NCBI GenBank assembly: GCA_951406725.2
Contig: OX597839.1
Span: forward strand, 12,152,001 to 12,216,000
Source: Octopus vulgaris
Lineage: Eukaryota
Reading direction: 5' to 3'
Length of the DNA stretch: 64,000 bases
The notes under the pieces: model-generated
Seen by the model: the letters and a program-made list of their open reading frames with translations, nothing else
Databases searched by the model: none
What the model was told of the DNA's origin: nothing
In this document: positions 14,482 to 26,630 of the stretch, piece after piece
Numbering within the stretch: position 1 is the first letter of the stretch
Layout: every line of letters begins with the position of its first letter
Position numbers and translations under genes: made by a program

Positions 14482-14513
<32 letters not shown>

Positions 14514-15101
14514 TGTATGTATGTATGTATGTGTGTATGTGTGATTGTATGTATGTGTGTATGTATGTATGTATGTGTGTATGTGTGATTGTATGTATGT
14601 GTGTATGTATATGTGTTTGTAAATATGTATGTGTTATGTAGGTATGTATGAGTGTTTGTATGTATGTGTACATGCTTGTATGTATGTATGTGTGTATGTA
14701 TGTATGATTGTGTATATGTGTGCGTGTGTGAAGAATTTGTATGTATGAATGAATGTATGTTTGCATGTGTGTGCGTATGTATGTACGTATGTATATGTGT
14801 TTGTAAATATGTATGTCTTATGTACGTATACATGTATGTATGTATGTATGTATGTATGTAGGTAGGTGGATAAGTAGATAGGTAGGTAAGTAGGTAGGCA
14901 GGCAGGTGTGTAGGTATGTAGGTAGGAAGGAAGGAGGGTAGATGGGTAGGTGGGAAGGTGAGTAGATAGTTGTATATATATATTTGATATTGTACTTATG
15001 TACGAATGTATTGCGTATTTGCGTATATACATATACAAACTCACGGATATGTTTGCGTATTTGCGTATATACATATACAAACTCATACGGATATGTTTGT
15101 G

Positions 15102-15132
<31 letters not shown>

Positions 15133-16290
15133 GTATGTATATACATATCTGTGAATACACACACACACACACACACACATACATATATACATCAACATAT
15201 ATATATGTATATATATGTGTGTGCGTGTGTATATATGTATATATACATATATACACATAAATATATACACACGCAGATATACAAACATTCATACAGACAT
15301 ATTCACTCTTAGATTTTTATAGTGTTGGACTATAAGAAAAAAAATTCATTTCAGATCTCATTGCGATGATGTCTCAAATGTGCGTATGTATGTGTGTCTG
15401 TGTACGAAGTGTGTGTGTAAGCGTGCGTGCGGGTATGTGTGTGTGTGAGTGTGTGTGTGTATGTGTGGTAGTGGTGGTGGGGCTAAGTGCAATAACTACA
15501 GATACGCTGATACTCAGAGCTTAGCAATAACTAATCCATAAAGATTTCATTGTTATCAAATAATCTTCAGGATTCTTACAAGTTGTTAATCCAGAAATAT
15601 GAAACCTTAATCCGGTGGATTACGGTTACAGCATTGATATTAAGTTGAGAGAGTACTGGGGAATTGAGGGAGCGAGGTGGAGGTGGAGGTGGTGGCGGAG
15701 TATCGCAGGAGTGGTGGGAGAGGAGGAGCAAGTGGTGAAGAAGAAAACAAAGGCGGTTGAGGAGGAGGGGAAGGGCAGGAGTAAGGGGAGGAGGAGGAGA
15801 AAGATGAAGGACATGAGGGTGGACAGGAGTAGTAGTAGTAGGAGGAGGAGGAAGGAAAAGAGAGGTGCTGGAAGAGAAGGATGGAGGGAAAAGGATGAAG
15901 AGAAGAAAAAGTGGAGGAAGAATAAGAATAAGTAGAAGTAGTAGTAGTAGTAGTTGTAGTAATAGTAAAAGTGGAAATAGTTGAAGTACTAGTAGTAGTA
16001 ATAATAGAGGTGGTAGTATTTGAGGGAGTAGTAGTAAAGGGAGAAGAAAAAGAAAATATATGTAGTAGTACTAGTAGTACTAGTAGTAGTAGCAGTAGCA
16101 ATTAATTCCAAGTTTCATAAATGTTCCTATTTTTCTATTGATGCATAAATCCAAAGATTTTCTCCATAACATTGTTTTTGCAAGTTAAGTATTTCGATTA
16201 TCATTCCATAGTGAAGTTTGTTTAAAGCATAACACATGAACGTCCTTCATTATGTCAAGTATGAAACATTTTGTTTTTTTTTTCTTTCCT

Positions 16291-16435
16291 TTTTACATTC
16301 TGAGTTCAAATCCTGTCTCGCTTAACTTTGTCTTTCGCGGTCGATAAAATAAAGTACTCGTTCAATATTGGGGCAAGTGTAATCAGTTTTCCCTCTCCGC
16401 TCAAATTAATCACTCTGGGCCAAAATTTGAAACTA
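16291..16435 (+). mobile_element. SINE family A, 5'-truncated
   Basis: ttctgagttcaaat..ggtcgataaaat..ccaaaatttgaaac. Confidence 0.8.
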
Positions 16436-16545
16436 TGACGTCATGTATTTCAGTTGTGTCTTTGCTATCCTTCCATAGTTAAGACGTTCTCTTCTACGAT
16501 GGAACTGGTAACTATTAGTATCTTTTAGTAAAGGTATTCCTTATA

Positions 16546-16916
16546 GGCACATGGCCTAGTGGTTAGAGCAGCGGACTCGCGGTCGAGAGATCGCGGGTTC
16601 GAATCTCAGACCGGGTGATGTGTGTGTTTATGAGCGAAACACTTAAGTTCCACGCGGCTCCAGCAGAAGCTAATGGCGAACTTCTGCTGACTCTTTCCTT
16701 ACAACTTTCTCTCACTTTGTCTTCTGCATCTAGTAGCTCACCTGCAACAGACCGACGTCCCGTCCAGGTCATAGTTTCAAATTTTGACCCCGGGTGAGTA
16801 ATTTGAGCGAAGAGATTACACTAGCCCCGATGTTTAACGAGTACTTTATTTTATCGACCGCGAAAGACAAATGATAACAGGAAACCGGCCCTTATGAACC
16901 AGTCGTGGCTCGAGAA
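16546..16916 (+). mobile_element. tRNA-derived SINE family C, interrupted by an inverted copy of the neighbouring SINE
   Basis: A box TGGCCTAGTGG, B box GGTTCGAATC; matches 45007-45305 except at 16768-16880. Confidence 0.9.
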
Positions 16917-17021
16917 AGATATTCCTTAATTCTTCGAGGACCGAACTGATAACTATTCCTTAATGCTTCCTCTATGACGACGGTATGGTTGGATTTTATA
17001 TGGAAATCTTTATATATATAT

Positions 17022-17221
17022 ATATAAAACTTACTTGGAAGTGGATGTGTGGCGTTCGATCATATGCATATGTTAAAAACTGTCCGACGAACGGGAACAT
17101 GAAACTCCGAGTAACAGGTTTTGTTGAATTTCTGTTGCTTTTAAATAAAGCATATTGCTCTACCCCTGGTATTTGAGTACTCTTTTTTCCACCTTGTTTC
17201 ACATTTATGTTTTTACTCCGG
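17022..17221 (+). mobile_element. Short PLE pLTR-like repeat between (TA)n tracts
   Basis: Contains an HHR fold; its 5' part recurs inverted at 26520-26556. Confidence 0.6.
17075..17122 (+). ncRNA. Minimal hammerhead-like motif (CCGACGA core)
   Basis: aaaaactgt CCGACGA acgggaacat GAAA ctccgag TA acaggtttt; stem II weak. Confidence 0.55.
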
Positions 17222-17359
17222 TATATATATATATATATATATATATAAATATATATGTATGTATGTATGTATGTTTGTATGTATGTATGTATGTATGTAT
17301 GTATGTATGTATGTATGTATGTTTGTATGTATGTATGTATGTATGTATGTATGTATAAT

Positions 17360-17870
17360 ATGAAGGAAGTGTACTGTATTATGATATATAAGGCAAATTC
17401 GAATTATAAAAGTGTGTGGTTTTGACGAATCTGTGTTTATGAAAGAAGAGATATAAATCTCTAAGAAGAGTAAGTATGATCTGAATTATAATTGTGTGTT
17501 CTGTAATAGTGAAGCAATCCTTAGGTTAAGATTAGATGCGGAACGCGAAACGAAAGATGTTTGTCTATAAGAATTGTTGACGTAATTGAGTTATCACCAA
17601 ATAATCTAGATATATAAATAAATGTGACTGAACATCATCGTCTGTAGAAATTAGATTTGAGATGCGGTGGGAGGTGAGAGACAGTGGAGGTTAGTGAGAG
17701 TGTAATTTATTAGTAAAGTAGTATTAATAAATTTAATACGCAGCTTCTGTATTGAGGTATATTGCAGTGTGTTTTATGGATAGCAAAGCGGAGGATTTGG
17801 GGGTGATATGGGGTAAAGAAAATAAATTTAATTTAGACAAGTAAATTATTTAACTGCTTAATTTTATTCA
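17360..17870 (-). pseudogene. Possible decayed PLE ORF N-terminus
   Basis: Minus strand atcacccccaaatcctccgcttt reads ITPK(F)LRF with a 1-nt loss; QKLRIKFIN follows; heavily degenerate. Confidence 0.3.
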
Positions 17871-17995
17871 TCATCTACTTGTATAATTGCATCTATTATT
17901 ACATCTTTTATTTTCTTTAATTCATACCACTTATCCGCCATAATTTGCATGTTATACATTCTATAATCTTGTGACAATATGGCTGTAATATTTCC

Positions 17996-18252
17996 AAGAC
18001 GGTGAGCTGGCAGAATGGTTAGCACGCCGGGCAAAATATTTAGCCGCTTTTCGTCCCTCTTCATGTTCTGAGTTCAACGCCGATGTCGACTTTGCCTTTC
18101 ATCCCTTTTTGGGGTCGATAAAATAAGTGCCAGTTGAACACTGGGATCGATGTAATCGATTTAGCCCATTCACCGAAATTGCTGGCTTCATGCCAAAATT
18201 TGAAACCAATATATCTGTAATACTTTAAGGCGGCGAGCTGGCAAAATCGTTA
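17996..18252 (+). mobile_element. SINE family A full copy plus a second head fragment
   Basis: ggtgagctggcagaatggttagcacgccgggc..gagttcaa..gcctttcatcc..ggggtcgataaaataag. Confidence 0.9.
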
Positions 18253-18640
18253 TAAGTCCCGTTTACTTAAAAACCCAACTGGCAACATTATAAGAATGTT
18301 ACCTATATGAATAGAACTCGTTTCCTATTCACTCAGCTTTTCATCCAACAACAACAATAGCTATTACAACAACCAACCAATGCCACTATACTTCCACACA
18401 CGTCTCTATACACATACACCGCACTTATAGACATCACTCCCTCTTTATGCTTCGATTCCAAGCATAGATTCACTCTGATTCAAGCATCTTCACATATATT
18501 CTTCCATCCGTTCTCAGTTTTCCCGTAAAACTCCCAATCGCACGTTTTTATTTATTCTTCTCCTTTCTCCACAGTCCTTGCACCATCTTTACACGCTGAT
18601 AACTTCTGTTTTTTACATCATCTATGCTTCTCATTTTTTT

Positions 18641-18676
18641 CTTCTGATGAAGGACTAACGTCCGAAACGTTTAGAC
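18641..18676 (+). ncRNA. Minimal hammerhead, canonical core, in a probable PLE 3' remnant (about 18255-18800)
   Basis: CTGATGA a ggac-taac-gtcc GAAA cgtt; stem I decayed. Confidence 0.7.
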
Positions 18677-18801
18677 ACACATACATTATCTCTCTCTCTC
18701 TCTCTCTCTCCATTGAAGTGTTAAACTAACACCATAATTTCAAACTTTGTTCTCTCTATCTTGTTCTTATAAAAGTTTACTTTTAAATCACTACATACAC
18801 T

Positions 18802-18840
<39 letters not shown>

Positions 18841-19215
18841 CTACACGACAAACACATACACACACGCACTTAAAGTTTAAAATAATTTCTTCATACAGTT
18901 ACAGTATTTGAAAAGAATATCTTTTAATTTGCACTGACTAGATGGAAGAGAATTTTGTGTAAGCGTTTTTTCTGTCTGCATCTTTTCAAAACACATGTGG
19001 TAGGCTACGAAAAAAAAAACCCCAATTCTCTTTTCCATCAGAGCATTACTTATCAGCGTTTCTAATAGAATTCTTAAAACAAATATAATTAATAATTTTT
19101 ATTTTGAAACTTTTCTAAACACGTGTTTCTGTGTATAAGTATGTTTCTTATTCCTCGTTCCTCTGTTGGACTGATGCACTTCATCGTTTTCTGTTTCCGT
19201 CTATAGTAGTAGTAA

Positions 19216-19248
<33 letters not shown>

Positions 19249-19423
19249 CTGTTGTTGTTGTTGTTGTTGTGGTTGCTGTGATTGTTGTTATTGATATTCT
19301 CATAGATGTTGTAGCTGTTTGGACGAAAAGCAGAGTGAATAGAAAACATCATGGTCTATTCATGTGGTTGAGATTCCAATACTGTTATTCCTATATATTG
19401 CATTTCTCTCTGTCGTTCATCCC

Positions 19424-19461
<38 letters not shown>

Positions 19462-19903
19462 CACATACACACACACTCGCACATATTTATACACAAGCAC
19501 AAATATGCATGCATACACTTTTCCCTCATCTCCGAACTGTTTAGTTCTCTCACTCATATAAAACGCTCTTTCTTTCCTTTCATTCACTCTCTTCTTCATA
19601 TCTTTCCCTTTCCTTCATCTCTTCCTCTCTCCACCCCTCTCTTTCTCCTTATCTCTAGCTCTCTTACATCCCGCTCTTTCCCTTTATATATATATATATA
19701 CATATGCATGTTCATGTATCTGCATACACACATATATACATGTATATATACACACACACGCACTTATATGTGTGTATGTTTGTATATATGTATGTATATA
19801 AGCATATACATATATATGCATGCTTATATGTGCCTACCTGTGTGTGTATATAAATGCTGATATGTATGTATGCATATACATAAGTATATATGTGTGTGTG
19901 TAT

Positions 19904-19974
<71 letters not shown>

Positions 19975-20067
19975 AATACATATAAAAATAATACATATAT
20001 ATACACATATACATATACACACATCCACACAAACACTCAACGCACAATTTTTCCCTGTCTGTCTTTC

Positions 20068-20134
<67 letters not shown>

Positions 20135-20169
20135 CTAGTAATACATTATTCTCCAGCAAGCGATAGCGT

Positions 20170-20335
20170 TAGAAATGGCCGCCTGATCAAAACAAAACTA
20201 CCAAAACCTGCCACACAAACACCGTTTTGTAATGGCTGCCAGATGACATATTAAGAACATCGCACAAAATGGCGAATGTTCTCTTCCTGCGATAGATTAA
20301 TGTCTATAATTGAATTCCTGGCAGAAATGGCAGTT
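20170..20335. promoter_or_regulatory. Cluster of four co-oriented AATGGC (YY1/Pho-like) motifs in unique sequence
   Basis: Near 20173, 20231, 20266 and 20325. Confidence 0.3.
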
Positions 20336-20535
20336 ACTATTTTTTTGTTTGTTATTTTGTTTTTTCAATACTTAATCTTTTTTTGATTGCTTATTTGTTT
20401 GTTTTCTTGTTTATCTTTTAACTGCACTGCAGCTTAATGTAATGTTTTACTCCTGTCTGAATGTATACACACTGGAAGTTAATTCACTTACAGCATATTT
20501 ACATTCTAATTCACATGAATATGCTTCGTTTGTAC

Positions 20536-20580
<45 letters not shown>

Positions 20581-20608
20581 TATGTATATATACATATACA
20601 CACATATG

Positions 20609-20679
<71 letters not shown>

Positions 20680-21920
20680 GCGCGTATGTGCAAATATGTA
20701 TATGAGTTCGTGGGGTAGTTTATCTCACTGTCTCTCTCTCTCTCACTCACACACATATATGTATATATGCGTGCTTGTATGTATGTGTGTATTATGAGAA
20801 TAAACTCAAGTACAAATCTGAATAACACGTTTTACATTTATATATATTCGCCTTCTCTCCTTTCTCTCTCTCTCCCCTCTTATCTCTTTCTCTCTCTCTC
20901 CCCTCTTCTCTCTTTCTCTCTCTCTCTCTGTGAAATAATGCAAACTATATGTCTATGCTGTTTTACATTATATTTACAAAACCTCACATACACAAAGTCA
21001 CACACTCTTGTAGATATGTTAAAAATATATATATAATTGATAATAGAGATATGTATAAATGCATGTGTGTTTGTGTGTGCGCGCCCATGTGTGTATATAT
21101 GTGTATGTATGTGTGTATGTATGTATGTATGTATGTATGTATGTATGTATGTATGTATGTATGTATGTATATGGTGGCAGTCAGCTCCTGACCGAGTAAG
21201 ACCGAGTGGTATTGGGGCCACAACTCGGTGTGTCTGTTTCGGCAACCGGCGGCTCCTCGGTCGCTCTGTCCCTGCGTCTGCAGACAATCTGCGGCAAACA
21301 GGATGTCTCCATATGCAGGATTGTTGGGGACCGCTTGTGAAATCCATATATTCCCACGAAACTTCTTCCATGAATTCTCAATAGCGAATACAATGCCTCG
21401 AGGGTGGTAGAAGAAGCCGACTCAACCCGCCCAGGGTGAATGTCGCCACAAGTACAAGTAAGTAAGACCACGTCCTGAACTCAGTTCATGAAAACGCTCC
21501 AAGAGCTTGAGAAGTTCTTGAGTATGGATTTGTTGTCAATGGATAACGTTTCGTACAGCATTGGGTACCATTTTCCAGCACACTGAGCAATAAAACCAGT
21601 GGCACAACAGAGACTGAAGAGACCAGCAACCAACAGCACTTCAATTGTTTTTAGACGAGTTTACTTTCTAGGAGAAAGTTGTAGCAAGAACTATAAATTC
21701 TCCACCCGCAGAGGTTTACATGCAGGTTTACCTACAGCTGGATCCCAACAGGTGTTTCCACACTCCTCAAAACCCTGGAACTCTTATACTAGGGCCCCAC
21801 TACTGGAGCAGTTTTAAATATGCATACATATATGGTGATTTGCTCCATCTCAAAGATGATTGTCGTCTCCTTGTGTTTTTCGTTGTCAATGGCATTTCTA
21901 ACTTTCCATCCATGACCCGT

Positions 21921-22152
21921 GAAGGCACGTGGCTTAGTGGTTAGGGGTGTTGAAATCATGATTGTAAGATTGTGGTTTCAATTCCTGGACCGGGCGGCGC
22001 GTTGTGTTCTTGAACGAAACTCTTCGTTTCACGTTGCTCCCGTCCACTCAGCTGGCAAAAATGAGTAATCCTGCGGCGGAACGGCGTCCCGTCCATGGGT
22101 GAGTATATACACCAATGAAACTAAGAAGCATAGTCGGTATGGCTCAGGAAGA
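21921..22152 (+). mobile_element. tRNA-derived SINE family C
   Basis: tggcttagtggttag..gtttcaattcc..cacgttgctcccgtccactcagctggcaaaaatgagt. Confidence 0.85.
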
Positions 22153-22317
22153 ACTTTTATCTTTATATCCATGACCTCTCAGATCACAATTCATTCCCGT
22201 TGCAGATCTGCGGGGTTTGAAGCATAGGTGACTAACGAAAGTTGTGACTCACTGTGAGTTCCCAAATTGTTAGGTGTGCACACATTGCCACTCTTTACCA
22301 GTCTTTCAATCTCATAT

Positions 22318-22395
<78 letters not shown>

Positions 22396-22635
22396 CACAT
22401 ACATACATATGTGTGTATATACATACACACGTGCATTTTACCTTTTTGTCTCTTTCTTGTTTCTCTCTCTGTAAACATACATCATACATATATACATGAA
22501 CGCCTTCATCATACATACGTAATTGCATACATAATACATACTTACACATACGTACATAGATACATAAATGCAGAAATACATAGATATACAACACATGAAC
22601 ACACACATATATATAAATAAATAAATAATATATAT

Positions 22636-22680
22636 GTGCCCCAGCATGGCCACAGCTCGTGAGCTGAAACTAGATAAAAG
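22636..22680 (+). mobile_element. SINE 3' tip (family B variant)
   Basis: gtgccccagcatggccacagctcgtgagctgaaactaga. Confidence 0.7.
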
Positions 22681-22688
22681 GAAAAATG

Positions 22689-22734
<46 letters not shown>

Positions 22735-22933
22735 CATACATACATACATACATATACATACATATACACACACACACAGATAATAATGGTGGCTGCAAAA
22801 TGAGAAAACCAATGACTAATAGTACAAAGCCTCGTTTCCATAGTTGTTCAGACACACATAAACACAGATGTACATACATATATCCAAACACACGCACACA
22901 AAAACAAAGTGTGTGTGTGTGTGTGTATGTGTC

Positions 22934-22967
<34 letters not shown>

Positions 22968-25224
22968 GGAGGAGAGAGAGAGAGAGAGTAAGATAAAAGC
23001 AGCGACAGCAGCACCGTACTAGATTCCACAAGATGGTGGTTTTAGATTGATCCCAATTTGTTCGACCTTTCAAAGTTAATGGACGTTAAAGGACTATTGA
23101 ATAGTATTAACTGAGTCGTGTCTCTGAATATTTCATCAGCGGCCTGAATGGATTTTGCGCTGGGTACTGTAGACGTGTGAATATCTGTGCGTGAGTATGC
23201 CCCCCCCCAACCCCCCCCAACACACATGCATGCGTGTGTATGTGTATATTCGAATATATATGAATGCATGTGTATATACATAAATATGCAAATGGCTATG
23301 TATGTGCATATATATGTGTGCAAATGCTTGGATGTTACGATGTGTTTATGTATATTCATACATACATACATACACATAAACACACAGAGACATTTATGTA
23401 TATATGTGTGTGTATGCATCACTGTGCATGTGTGTATTTATTTATGAATGTATGCGTGTATATGTATGCGCGTATGTATGAGTGTATATGCATACCTATG
23501 GGTATATATGTGTATGCAGCTATGTATATATGTGCATGCATGAATAACTTATGCATGCACATACATACGCATAAATACACACACACATGTATATGCATGC
23601 ACACACATGAATATGTGCTTTTATACATATACACACAGACGCATATACTCAAAGATACACGCGCACACATAGGTGGGTAGAAGAAGAAGGGGAGGAATAT
23701 AGAATAGGAGGTACTGATATAAATTGGAAAATAGAAGGAAAAAGCGAAAGCCAAAATCAAACCTCACATACACAAACACAAATACACATGAACACATATA
23801 CATACATTCGTATGCGTGCAAACATTCACACACATATATGCACGCACATGCGTAAGAAAATAAAATAAGCCGAGCTAAAGCGAAACAAAATGGACACTAA
23901 AATTTACGTAGCAACAACACAAACAACAGGGAAAATGGCTAAGTGAGTCTATGGTTGGTCAGATGTGTCATGTTAGAGAGTTAAAAGAAGAGTGTATGGC
24001 TTGTGCTATAGCCACATATATGATGGCAGTTTCTTCCGATTCCAGAGATCACGAGAAAGAGCGGCACATCCTCAAGAGGTTATGTAAACTGATCCTTGAC
24101 GCTACAAGGCTTTTCTTGCTGCCTGTCTTTGGTAGTTTTAAAGTGAGAGTCAGCCTGTGCAATCCGGTCCCATTCTTTATAGACATGCACGTTTGACCAC
24201 AATGCTCAGCAGGCTAATATTGACTATGGTGACCAACAAACTAGTTTTTTTTTCTGGGAGTGGCCTTCTCTTTGGTGAATTGGCTTACAGGGCTGAAGAG
24301 CTGCAACTATCCTGGAGTTGCCGCAAAGGTGTCAAAGTGGGCACCTGACCTGACTGATCCCGCTCTTCTAAAAGTAGTAGTTTGTGACCGAATCAGAGGT
24401 GGGGGAAGGAAGAGAGGAACAGAAAGCGATAGAGAAGGAAGACGAGATGAAGAAGAGGGCGAGGAAGAAGGATAGAAGGAAGAGGGTGATGGGGAAGGGG
24501 TAAGGAGGAAGGGGTGATGAGGAAGATGGGAGGAAGAGGGTGATGAGGGGGTGATGAGGAAGATGAGGAGGAAGAGAGTGAGGAATAAGAGGGGAGGAGG
24601 AAGAAAAAGAAGAGAAGAATAAGAAGAGGAAGAAGAGGAAAGGGAATAGGGATTATTAATGAGGTAGAGGAAGCGGAAAAGGAATTTCAAAAAATGAGGA
24701 GATAAAATAATTAAGGGATCAGTTATTTAGTGTGTCGAGGAAGAGGGCGAAAATGACCGGTGAAACTAGTCGAGTTGTCCATCATTTCTGAGTGAGCGGA
24801 TAGAGACAATGAGAGAGAAGACACACCGAGAAAGAAAGAGAGAGAGAGAGGGGGGAGAGAGAGAGCAAGGGATAAGAAGAAATAAGATTTAACCTGGAGG
24901 ATATTTGCATAGTGAGACTAAATGTTTATTTATTAAACAATCGTACGTAAATTTATTTTAAGACTTATCCTCAAACACGCTGTCCCTTTCGTTCTTTAGT
25001 TAAATATTTATATTCTCCCTGTCTTTCGCCAAAATAAATTAAGGGCTTAACCACAGATATTTCGTGTGTTAAACAAACTGGCTTCTTGCTGTTGTTGTTG
25101 GACTGCAGAAAAATATTTTCTGTATGTGTAACCCGTGTGTGATATTTTAGTAACGCTCTTTAGAATGAAGAATAAACTAGCAAAATTAATTCATAGACCG
25201 TTTTGCGTACCGAGTGTTTAATGT

Positions 25225-25430
25225 CTTTGATCTGCTTCAGTCATTGTACTACGGCCATGCTGTGCATCGACTTAAAGGGTTTGGTGAAATGTATCGAACC
25301 CAGAACTTTTTTTTAAAGTTTGACACATTCTAGCGGTCTTTTATTTGTTGAACTTCGGAGTTAGGCGGACGTAAACAAACTAACACCGGTCGTCAAGCGG
25401 TGGCGGGGAACAAACACTAGCACAAAGACA
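25225..25430 (-). mobile_element. SINE family B, 3' half, diverged
   Basis: ttcagtcattgtactacggccatgctg..gacgtaaacaaactaacaccggtcgtcaagcgg. Confidence 0.75.
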
Positions 25431-25560
25431 AACGCGCGCGCGCACACACACACACACACACGTACACATGCACACACGAATATATATATATATATATTAT
25501 ATTATATTATATACATTATTTACAGCTGACGGATATTTGGCCTCATCTTGTTTGCTGTTA

Positions 25561-25604
25561 ACACAACGTTTCGGCTGATATACTCTCCAGCCTTCATCAG
25601 GTGT
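25561..25604 (-). ncRNA. Minimal hammerhead ribozyme, canonical core
   Basis: acac CTGATGA a ggctg-gagagtatat-cagcc GAAA cg TT gtgt. Confidence 0.85.
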
Positions 25605-25683
25605 CTTGGGGATTTTTCGAACCTGGGTTCTCATTCCTAAGGTATTTTTCGATGTTATCATTATTATTATTATTATTATTATT

Positions 25684-25742
25684 GTCGAACTCGGAATCTT
25701 GGGGTTAATAGCCCGCGCTCTTAACCACTACGCCATATGCCC
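25684..25742 (-). promoter_or_regulatory. tRNA-like Pol III head inside the PLE 3' region
   Basis: gggcataTGGCGTAGTGGttaagagcgcgggctattaaccccaagattccGAGTTCGA. Confidence 0.7.
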
Positions 25743-25771
25743 ACGGAAAATTATGGAGTGAATTTTAGGGC

Positions 25772-26194
25772 TTATAAATCTAATATGTTCCTATCCTTCC
25801 TTAATATCGGTTCTCATATGCTGTTCATATCTGCACTCGGTCTGCTTAGGAGGTTGTTGTGTCCTAGCATATGTTCTGCTTCTTTTAGTTTTCGTATTTT
25901 CCAGTGGTGTTCTCTGTCTATTATTTTAACTTCATCTCACAGGGGGAGGTGGTCTCCATTTTTCCATACATGATCAGCTATATCTGATTTATCCATATCT
26001 CCCCGTGTCACAGCTTTGTGATGTTCCTCTACCCTTATTTTGATGGGGCGGCATGTTTTGCGTTTGTATAACCAGCCACAGCTGCATGGGATGGAGTACA
26101 CGCAGTTCTTGGTCATATTCTCTTCTATTGGTGATTTTACTCGAAAGAGATATTTGCGAAGTGTTGTATTACTCTTGAATACTGTCCTGATGGT
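25772..26194 (-). pseudogene. PLE GIY-YIG endonuclease remnant without Cys linker
   Basis: Manual translation IRTVFKSNTTLRKYL..NCVYSIPCSCGWLY..T.RP.KIRVEEH..KSDIADHVW..KLKEA; two TGA stops at likely Trp codons. Confidence 0.88.
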
Positions 26195-26221
26195 CGGTCA
26201 CGGTGACGGTGATATATATAT

Positions 26222-26482
26222 ACCTCCCTTTATTTATCTACTTGTGAGGTCATTCACGCGTGAATTTCATCACACACAACATGGACAAAATTTCTTCTTA
26301 AGAAAAAATATATATTCAAATAAGTAAAACATAATATCATGAATAGCGATAGCGAAACCGGTCGATATATTAAAAACTATATTAAAACTATGTAAGTGTG
26401 CGTATTTTCCTTTTTTAATTTCTTATATACATTACAACTCACCACGTGGGGATAATCGAAATTCCCCTTTTCTGTTACTACT
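26222..26482 (+). mobile_element. Short PLE pLTR-like repeat between (TA)n tracts
   Basis: Contains an HHR fold and ends in (TA)n. Confidence 0.55.
26334..26368 (+). ncRNA. Minimal hammerhead-like ribozyme, A3-U8 core
   Basis: atatc ATGAATA gc-gata-gc GAAA ccgg TC gatat. Confidence 0.7.
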
Positions 26483-26546
26483 ATATATATATATATATAA
26501 TAACAAATTAATAAATAACAAACGCCACGCATCCACTTCCAAGTAA

Positions 26547-26589
<43 letters not shown>

Positions 26590-26594
26590 AAAGT

Positions 26595-26630
<36 letters not shown>

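Larger units (their letters stand above)
25518..26194 (-). mobile_element. 5'-truncated Poseidon/Penelope-type PLE: endonuclease, tRNA-like segment, hammerhead, (TA)n
   Basis: See component features. Confidence 0.85.

Noticed and set aside
15014-15100. Small local tandem duplications (also 57664-57735, 32002/32282)
   Set aside because: Ordinary slippage within low-complexity DNA.
16546-16618. tRNA genes at SINE heads (also 40490-40560, 45233-45305)
   Set aside because: They run into shared SINE bodies and lack a proper acceptor stem and terminator.
21613-21695. CTGAAGA...GAAA on the plus strand
   Set aside because: No stem I or stem II pairing.
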